DNA from: Daphnia carinata
Taxonomy: Eukaryota
NCBI RefSeq assembly: GCF_022539665.2
Contig: NC_081333.1
Span: 682,001-746,000 of the forward strand
Direction of reading: 5' to 3'
DNA length: 64,000 nucleotides
The position numbers were made by a program, and so were the translations under genes. The stretch's first letter is position 1. Every line of letters begins with the position of its first letter. The notes beneath the pieces were generated by a model. That model saw only the letters and a program-made list of their open reading frames with translations, had not been told where the DNA came from and did not search any database. Below, piece by piece: positions 55,332 to 64,000 of the stretch.

Positions 55332-56610
55332 TGGATAAGATAATACAACAAAAGGATGGTAAGTATAAACATTATTATATTGGTTTTCAATTATCAATTA
55401 TTGTTTATTAGATCAAATTATGAAGCTGCAGGCCCAATTATTGGAACAACACAAAATATTAGATAACAGCAAAGCTAAGGATGGTAAGGCGTAATACGTA
55501 ATGATTCTATTTATTTGCTTTTATTCATTTGTGTTTTGTAGCTCAAATTTTGAGTGTACTAGCTCAGCTAGGGGAAAAGAACAAATTGGAACGGAACAGT
55601 TTCCAAACAGTGAAGGAGGTTTTTCCAAACTCATCCCTAACTGAACATGAGGATGAATTGGCATTAGGCGAACACAGTCAGGTACCTAAACTTTTCAAAT
55701 AAGAATTCAAAATAAGTATAGAATTTTAAAAAACAATTATTTATTGTTTAGTTATTCAGTCTACCACCTGACTGTGTTAAAGTTAATTTCTGTTAGTGCT
55801 GCACTAAAAGAATTGTTAGTAATAAGTCCATGCAGCGAAGGAAGTGAACAATTGTGGGACCGTAGTTGGGCCGAAAATGGGTGTGGTACGGAAACCGAGA
55901 TATGGCATGAGTTCAACATAAAACATGAATTAGGTACTTTTCGGTTTTTTGTCTATCGAAAAAAGTATTTTTAATGCAATTATTTTGCATTCACAGAATT
56001 TTAGTGGGGGATCAAGTCAAGTCTGGAAGTGTTACAGGATGGAAGAGTGAGCCTACAGTTGAAAAACACTGAAAGTGCATTACCATTAAGGTATGAGGTA
56101 AAGTAATAGAGTATGCAAATTGTCTAATGAGAAGTACCATCTTGTGTGAATGAATCCTGTGTAACAGCAATCCTTTATAGTTCTGTCACAGCTAGAGCCT
56201 CAAATAATTCTGCTTCTCTGGCTAAAGAACAACTTGTCCTTTATTTTCAGAGTGTTGGTGAAGCTGGGTACTTAAATGGCCCTAAAGATGTTTCATTTTG
56301 TTGGCATTGCAGCGATGAACATCATACATGGACTTTTTAGGTATGAAAGGAATTTTCTTGAAAAATTTTTGAATTTATGATGAAAGCTTTTCTCCTCCTT
56401 TTTGCCAACCATGTCTAATCTAAAAAAAAAATTTATCCAATAGGAAAGGATTTTTAGCATACTGGAAACACAACTATCAACAATGCAACATTCATTCTAG
56501 GGGTGCTATTTTATCATTCAAGAGCCTTATACAATGATTTTCATCTGCAATTTGTATGGCCTTTCCCAAGCTTCTGTCAGAAGTTGAATCTATGAGTCAT
56601 GTAAGTCACA
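55332..56610 (+). pseudogene. Intron-containing cargo gene in the left arm (mirror copy on - strand at ~58620-59895); N-terminal coiled-coil-like region, later exons disrupted
   Basis: ATG 55332 and short GT-AG introns splice to MDKIIQQKD|DQIMKLQAQLLEQHKILDNSKAKD|AQILSVLAQLGEKNKLERN..EHSQ|. Further AG/GT-bounded exons follow but contain stops or frameshifts. Confidence 0.6.
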
Positions 56611-57462
56611 TGAGCAACAATTGAAATGTTTAATGGTGTTTTTCTTTTCTCAATATAGGTTAATAGTAACATTGGATCTGAAAAGATTCTTGGTTGGGGC
56701 AAGACACTGAATAAATTGTATTGATTGGATGGATGACATGACATTTCTATACTTAATTTGGATCCCCGAGACGGTATTTGATATTTAAAAAATTGAAGTG
56801 CATATCTGGGCTCCCTTCTTTTCTGAAGCCCCGTTTCCCCTTGACTCGTAATAAGCCCGTAGGGGGTCATGCCCCTACTGTACGGTATATATAAAAACAA
56901 CATATACCGAGGTTTGGAGGGCTCTGGCCGGAAAGGGGACGTGGGGTGCCGCTTAGTCCGATGATGTGTTCACGGAGGGCGACGTGGCTACCCACAAATC
57001 CGAACTAAAGGTTAATCGCTCCTGTAAAAATGTTCCAAATCTTCAGCTCTTCTTCCGGCTTCTCTTAGCCAATCACCGGGTAATCTCCCCGGTGGGTCAA
57101 CAAGGCAGTGTCTCCCCCTGCCTGGGTTGACGGCAACTTTTGAAAGGGCTATTGTGCCTTTTTAAAGTTGCAAAAATAATTGTAATGTGCAGAGAATTGT
57201 CAATAAATTTTTTTTTATAAAATTTTTTTGCAAAATTTGTTTCTTTCATTGTCTGTGTTCGCTTTGTTCACACATTACATTTATAAACTTTATTTTTATT
57301 TAGCTTGCTCATTTCGTCCTTATTGTTTTTGCCACCGTTGTATCGTTTATCAGTAAGTATTCAATTATTATTTATTACACTTTTTGAATTCTTGAACTTA
57401 GACAAGGAACAACGTGTAATACCCGGATATTTTCTGAAGTAATTTTGTATTTGTATATTGTT

Positions 57463-57531
57463 TTACTGGTATGGGAATCGATCCCCAGACATTCAGCGTG
57501 CAACGCCGATGCTCTAACATTGAGCCACGAG
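57463..57531 (-). pseudogene. tRNA-derived sequence (Ala-like, TGC position) in the palindrome spacer
   Basis: Minus strand reads CGTGGCTCAATGTTAGAGCATCGGCGTTGCACGCTGAATGTCTGGGGATCGATTCCCA: A-box, D-stem GCTC/GAGC and Ala-type GGATCGA T-loop; acceptor stem broken. Confidence 0.7.
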
Positions 57532-57632
57532 ATATATCTCATTTTTTTTATTATCGCATATCATATGTTATCGTCTAGGATGTTTATGCAGTCTTTCACA
57601 ACTATATGCTTATCTTTCTATTGCTTTCATAA

Positions 57633-57700
57633 GGTCCGTAGCTCTGTGGTAGAGCCTTCAGCTGCGATAACTGTTACCGTGGGTTCAAACCTTATTAGAT
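57633..57700 (+). pseudogene. tRNA-derived sequence in the palindrome spacer
   Basis: GTAGCTCTGTGGTAGAGC (A-box/D-arm) ... GGGTTCAAACC (B-box). Confidence 0.65.
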
Positions 57701-57809
57701 GTATAAAGATCTAAATCACAATGTAGAATAGAATATTATACTTGTTTTATTCAAAGTGTAAATGCAACTCCGCAAGTGACTAGAAAAAAGCCAACTTGAC
57801 ATCATATGA

Positions 57810-57875
57810 TTCATGGCTCATTGGTAGAGCATCGGCGCGATATGCCGAACATCCAGGGATCGATCCCTGGATTAT
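57810..57875 (+). pseudogene. tRNA-derived sequence, inverted homologue of the 57463-57531 copy
   Basis: TGGCTCATTGGTAGAGCATCGGCGCGATATGCCGAACATCCAGGGATCGATCCCTGG: A-box, TCGGC/GCCGA stem, GGATCGA T-loop. Confidence 0.7.
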
Positions 57876-60116
57876 AATTGAATGCTTACAGATAAATGAT
57901 AAACGAATGGAAACAATGGTGAATTGAGCAAGCTAAATAAAAAAAAGTTGATAACTGTAATGTGTGAACAAAGACAATGAAAGAAACAAATTTTGCAAAA
58001 AAATTTTATAAAAAAAAATTTATTGACAATTCTCTGCACATTACAATTATTTTTGCAACTTTAAAAAGGCACAATAGCCCTTTCAAAAGTTGCCGTCAAC
58101 CCAGGGAGGGGGAGACACTGCCTTGTTGACCCACCGGGGAGATTACCCGGTGATTGGCTAAGAGAAGCCGGAAGAAGAGCTGAAGATTTGGAACATTTTT
58201 ACAGGAGCGATTAACCTTTAGTTCGGATTTGTGGGTAGCCACGTCGCCCTCCGTGAACACATCATCGGACTAAGCGGCACCCCACGTCCCCTTTCCGGCC
58301 AGAGCCCTCCAAACCTCGGTATATCTTGTTTTTATATATACCGTACAGTAGGGGCATGACCCCCTACGGGCTTATTACGAGTCAAGGGGAAACGGGGCTT
58401 CAGAAAAGAAGGGAGCCCAGATATGCACTTCAATTTTTTAAATATCAAATACCGTCTCGGGGATCCAAATTAAGTATAGAAATGTCATGTCATCCATCCA
58501 ATCAATACAATTTATTCAGTGTCTTGCCCCAACCAAGAATCTTTTCAGATCCAATGTTACTATTAACCTATATTGAGAAAAGAAAAACACCATTAAACAT
58601 TTCAATTGTTGCTCATGTGACTTACATGACTCATAGATTCAACTTCTGACAGAAGCTTGGGAAAGGCCATACAAATTGCAGATGAAAATCATTGTATAAG
58701 GCTCTTGAATGATAAAATAGCACCCCTAGAATGAATGTTGCATTGTTGATAGTTGTGTTTCCAGTATGCTAAAAATCCTTTCCTATTGGATAAATTTTTT
58801 TTGTAGATTAGACATGGTTGGCAAAAAGGAGGAGAAAAGCTTCATCATAAATTCAAAAATTTTTCAAGAAAATTCCTTTCATACCTAAAGAGTCCATGTA
58901 TGATGTTCATCGCTGCAATGCCAGTGAAGTGAAACATCTTTAGGGCCATTTAAATACCCAGCTTCACCAACACTCTGAACGTAAAGGACAAGTTGTTCTT
59001 TAGCAAGAGAAGCAGAATTATTTGAGGCTTCTAGCTGTGACAGAACTATAAAGGATTGCTGTTACACAGGATTCATTCACACAAGATGGTACTTCTCATT
59101 AGACAATTTGCATACTCTATTACTTTACCTCATATCTTAATGGTAATGCACTTTCAGTGTTTTTCAACTGAAGGCTCACTCTTCCACCCTGTAACACTTC
59201 CAGACTTGACTTGATCCCCCACTAAAATTTTGTGAATGCAAAATAATAGCATTAAAAATACTTTTTCAATAAACAAAAAACCGAAAAGTACCTAATCCAT
59301 GTTTTATGTTGAACTCATGCCATTTCTGGGTTTCCGTACCACACCCATTTTCGGCCCAACTACGGTCCCACAATTCTTCAGTTCCTACGCTGCAAGGACT
59401 TATTACTAGCGATTCTTTTAGTACAGCACTAACAGAATTTAAATTTAACACACTGTCAGGTGGTGGACTGAATAACTAAACAATAAATAATTGTTTTTTA
59501 AAATTCTATACTTATTTTGAATTCTTATTTGAAAAGTTTAGGTACCTGACTGTGTTCGCCTAACGCCAACTCATCCTCACGTTCAGTTAGAGAAGAGTTT
59601 TGAAAAACCTCCTTCACTGTTTGGAAACTGTTCCATTCCAATTTGTTCTTTTCCCCTAGCTGAGCTAGTACACTCAAAATTTGAGCTACAAAACACAAAT
59701 GAATAAAAGCAAATAAATAGAATCATTACGTATTACGCCTTACCATCCTTAGCTTTGCTGTTATCTAATATTTTGTGTTGTTCCAATAATTGGGCCTGCA
59801 GCTTCATAATTTGATCTAATAAACAATAATTAATAATTGAAAACCAATATAATAATGTTTAAACTTACCATCCTTTTGTTGTATTATCTTATCCATTTTT
59901 CAATTGTTCCTCCAGCCACGCGTTATTCTCCGTCCACGCTACTGAACTGCGAATGGCATCCAATGGACTGAAATTGCCTATGCCAGTAATAACGAGTCTG
60001 AGCGGTAGATGGCTACGTGTCGGAAAAAAAGAAAAAAGTGCGATTTTTTTTTTTTTTTTCCGACATTTTTTTTTTTTTAATGTAAAACGGATTGCCATAT
60101 ATTGCCATATATTTTG

Positions 60117-61390
60117 ATGGCAATCCATTTTACCCAAAATAAAAATAAAAAATATTGGCCTTTCTTCTGTTTTACTGCTATCGCCATCTACCGGTAACGT
60201 TTCTAGTTAATTCCCTACATACACTGACCGAAATAAATTTTAAGCCCGACTAAATAAGCCCGACTCTCTGTTTTTTTGCGGTTGATTCAAAAAATAGAAG
60301 GCTAATATAAAAATATACCCCATTTTCGTGATCAGTTATCAATTTCGAATCGGAATAATGTATTTTTAATGAAATCTAGAATATGAAGAAAATTTTAGAT
60401 TTCGCTTTAAATACATGGTTTCGATGCAGAATTGAACGGGCGTCACGAATATGAGAGTTGTTTTCTAGTGGCACTCATAGTTTTTGAATAAAACGTAAAA
60501 AACGGTAAAAGTTGGGTTAAAAAATAAGCCCGGGCTTATATTGTCGGGCTTAAAATTTTTTCCTATTAAAAAATAATAGCATGAAATCTAGATAACTATA
60601 GACATTCTGATTCAAAATTAACCAAGGAAAACGAAAATAGAATTTTTCTACGTAGAGTTTATAGTTTTTGAGCAAACTAAAATATAAAATTAGTGTGTAT
60701 GCGAACCGAAACCATTACTAGCGTGCCAGTACGCTACAGCGCTAGCGTGAAACATAAAACTTCTTTGATTATTCAAAAACAATAAGCTCTATGTTAAAAC
60801 AAATTTCATTTTCGTGTTCCTTGGTTAAATTTTGAATCAGAATCATCTATAGTTATCTAGATTTAGTGCTATTATTTTTTAATAGGAAAAAATTTTAAGC
60901 CCGACAGTATAAGCCCGGGCTTATTTTTTTAACCCAAATTTTACCGTTTTTTACGTTTTATTCAAAAACTATGAGTCCCACGAGAAAACAACCCTCACAT
61001 TCGTGATGCCCGTTCAATTCTGCATCGAAACCATGTATTTGAAGCGAAATCTAAAATTTTGCCAAAATTGAAAAAGTAAGAAGGCCTTCTCACTTTTCCA
61101 ATTTTCGTCAAATCCTAGATTTCATTAAAAATTCATTATTCCGATTCGAAATTGATCGCTGGTCACGAAAATGGGGTATGTTTTTATATCAGGCTTCTAC
61201 TTTTTGAATAACCGTAAAAAAAACAGAAAGTCGGGCTTATTTAGTCGGGCTTATTCAGTCGGGCTTAAAAAAATTTTCGTACAGTGTACTGTACGTAGAG
61301 AATTAACTAGAAATGTGACCGGCAGATGGCGGCAGCAGTAAGACAAAAAAAAAAGGCCAATATTTCTTATTTTTATTTTGGGTTGCCATA
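60117..61390. mobile_element. Module 3: ~1.27-kb foldback/MITE-like element; inner core 60222-61287 has CACTG...CAGTG ends flanked by TA and reiterated TAAGCCCGAC motifs
   Basis: Arms ~60117-60680 and ~60770-61390 are diverged reverse complements. TAAGCCCG(AC)/GTCGGGCTTA occurs at ~60241, 60255, 60526, 60544, 60896, 60910, 61230, 61244 and 61258. No coding capacity. Confidence 0.88.
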
Positions 61391-61717
61391 GAAAAATCTA
61401 GGGCTCGGCCCGGCCCACATTGGTCGGGCTGCTTTTTCCCCGACCTTGTTTGCTTTAACTGCTCAGTGTGGGTTTTCGGTGCTTCAACCGGATCACGTTT
61501 GATCGGGGCCACCGCTACTAGATAACACAAAGTAGAAATCAGGCAACGTGTCTGCACAACAAAGTCATGATCGAAAAAGAGGCGGCAAAAAATTCTTAAC
61601 AATAACAGTGGTGTTTCGTCTCGAAATTTACTCCTTCAAAATAAATTTCGTTAAGCCATGGCTGCATGGCATCTTATGATTTAAGAACTTTATGAATCAT
61701 TCTCGTAATTCTCAAGA

Positions 61718-64000
61718 ATGGATAGTCGGTTTAAGAATGACATCGTGACAACTTTCAAACTTAATGGCCTTACTGTGAGATCGTGAGTTAACTCCATTAC
61801 TTAATTTATGTTTGGTAGTGTGTTTTAGTGATCGTGAAACTTTCAATTGTTTCCGTCTCTTGGCTTAACCAAGTAATTTGTAGCTGCTTTCAAAGTAACA
61901 TTTATTTATATCTTTGTTGAAAAGTGTAGTAAAAGAAATTTCATTTAGCATAATTGTCTTGCCGATCCAAGTTCCAATCATTTCTTATGGTTCCAGTGAG
62001 GCTACAAAATACATCCTTGGTTTGCTTACACCCCTTCACAAAGATGAACGGAGCCAATGGCTTGAAAAGCTAGTTGATGTAATTCAAAAGCAAGGCCTGT
62101 TAGACAGCACAACTGTTGAAAAATCACATATTGAAAAAGCTGCTAAGGTAACATCCCAAACCATTACTTTGTTGTTTGTTTTACATTTGAAAATTCAATT
62201 TCAAACTTGTTTTTTTAGGAATGTTGTCAGAATGAATTGGATGAAGCCACCAGTTTGTTAAATGTGATATCTGCCTTTGATGTTCCAAAATTCATCTATA
62301 ACACTGAAAGAAAAAAGTATCTTCCATATGAATCTTCAACTGGTCTTCTAAATTTGTTTGGTGATCCGAAAGATAAAGCCGAAATGTTTCGTCATCGGTA
62401 CGCTCTTCTTCATCAAAGGTTCGATCTAGTTTTCAACTGATAACCAAATGTTGAAATATAAGTCTGTCTTTGTTGTTCAAGGACCTCCCGCCATAGCCTT
62501 TTTACTCCATCTGTTTTAGGATCAAGTTCAACTTCATCGCAAAACAAGTATCAACTACAACCTATTGAATACTTGTTAGGGATGTCAACAAAGTTAACCA
62601 ACCTTGTAGTTCTTGGAATGCTAACTTACTTAACTGAAGGAAAATTGCATCTAGAAGATATGACTGGATCTGTTCCTGTGTCACTGAAAGAAACTGTAAT
62701 TCTTGTTATTCATTTTGGTTGAACAATCAAAACGTTTTTGGATGTATGTATATGCACATTACGCAAATTTGATCTTATTTTTTTATCATTCAAGAACTTC
62801 CATGGTGGGCTGTTTACTGAAAATTGCTTTGTTCTTGGACAAGGCTATTTTCAAGATGGAGTGTTTCACATTGAACATTTAGGCATGCCACCACCTGAAC
62901 CAGCCAAAGTTACAAGGTGTAACTATTAAGTTTTTATTCTAGAAGAAAATGTAACACTTATTAAATTATAGAACCTACTTTGGGAACGCAAATTTTTTCG
63001 GTGGTCCTAGTACGTCATGCTTGAAACTTTCTTCTAAGCTGAAAGCGCAAGAAGATCAAAATCCAGAGGCGATGATGGTTTTTCTTTCCGATGTTTGGTT
63101 GGACCAAACAAAAGTATGCCATTACTTTCTATTTTAACAAGCATTTTAGGTTGCTCATATGTTTGTCGTGACAATATTTTATTTAATTGTTTCCATGCTT
63201 TAATAGGTGATGGAAAAGTTGCGCATTCTCTTTGCAGGCTATTGCGAAGATCCTCCAATATGCTTCGTGTTAATGGGAAATTTCCTCTCAAGCACTTCAT
63301 GTAGCACTTCATCAGGACAACTACGCCAATTATTCAAATCGCTTGCCGAAATGATAAAAGAATTTCCCAACCTCGTTGAACAAACCCAATTTGTGTTTGT
63401 TCCGGGTCCATCAGATTCCGGCTTTTGCAACATCCTTCCGAGGTCTGTACATCCTGAAAATAATTTAAGATAAACAATTTTCTTTCAAACACTTTGTTGT
63501 GTACGAAATAATGAACGAATTGCGGTTGTGTTAAACAGCGTGATTTAAGAATCTTGTTTTATTTAGGCCTCCGCTTGCAAAAATTATTCGGGAAGAATTT
63601 ATGCAACGAGTTCCTAATGGTGTGTTTACTACGAATCCATGCCGTATTCAGTATGGAACGAAGGAAATAGTCGTTTTACGTGAAGATATTATAACAAAAA
63701 TGTGCCGAAATGCAATTCATTTCCCTTCTACTGATGATATCCCTCAACAGGTACGTCAAGCTAATACTGGTAGTAAAGTAATATTTTTCAGCTAGTCTTA
63801 CGTATTCTCTGTAGTTTGCTAAATCGCTGACATCGCAAGGCCATTTGTGCCCTCTTCCCAGCGAAATCTGCCCAATCTATTGGCCATACGATCATGCATT
63901 GTATTTGTATCCTTTGCCTGATGCCGTAGTCATTGGCGACCGCTTTGGCGGGTTTGCAGCACAAAATATGGACTGCATCATTTTTAACCCAGTAAGCTAT
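61718..64000 (+). CDS. POLE2: DNA polymerase epsilon subunit 2 (B subunit), 3'-truncated by the window
   Basis: [27 protein letters not shown]..|[56 protein letters not shown]..|[26 protein letters not shown]..|[19 protein letters not shown]..|..FVLMGNF..FVFVPGP.D...[24 protein letters not shown]..|..[24 protein letters not shown]. Confidence 0.96.

Larger units (their letters stand above)
55073..60160. repeat. Module 2: giant inverted repeat/palindrome, arms ~55073-57370 and ~57870-60160 with ~500-bp spacer
   Basis: Arms are reverse complements along their length, e.g. essentially identical ORFs 56577-56903(-) and 58326-58649(+), and DRSWAENGCGTET ORFs at 55744(+) and 59266(-). Confidence 0.97.

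Noticed and set aside
48606..57875. Functional tRNA genes
   Set aside because: Acceptor and/or anticodon stems are broken in every copy; they are reported as tRNA-derived only.
56577..58649. Near-identical 107-108-aa ORFs on opposite strands
   Set aside because: Non-ATG starts; identity simply reflects the inverted repeat; they run antisense to the spliced cargo and show no recognisable domain.

Overview
Eukaryotic, intron-dense, AT-rich genomic DNA with mostly ~55-130 nt introns and long poly(A/T) runs. The style and gene set suggest an arthropod, most likely a Daphnia-like crustacean (inference). Host genes in order: a Runt/Runx factor ending in VWRPY (-), a BTB + multi-C2H2 zinc-finger gene (-), an intronless ~1100-aa membrane-anchored protein built of hierarchical 48/96/192-aa repeats (-), the NRBP/Madm pseudokinase (+), a TRIC/TMEM38 channel (-), a PDE7-like phosphodiesterase with a long RRxS-rich tail (+), SAYSD1 (-) and POLE2 (+, runs off the window). 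The most unusual part is the ~13.9 kb between the head-to-head SAYSD1 and POLE2 genes (47518-61390). It is three abutting modules, each bounded by related inverted TATGGCAA...TTGCCATA ends and joined by 17-bp palindromic junctions. Module 1 carries a nested 8-bp-TSD element and a nested 9-bp-TSD Mutator-like element with PHD-finger exons. Module 2 is a ~5-kb palindrome holding a duplicated intron-containing cargo gene and tRNA-like sequences in its loop. Module 3 is a ~1.2-kb foldback. A conserved, hairpin-rich ~190-nt GC element follows the cargo in modules 1 and 2. All exon boundaries and identities were read by eye; no alignment or database search was run.
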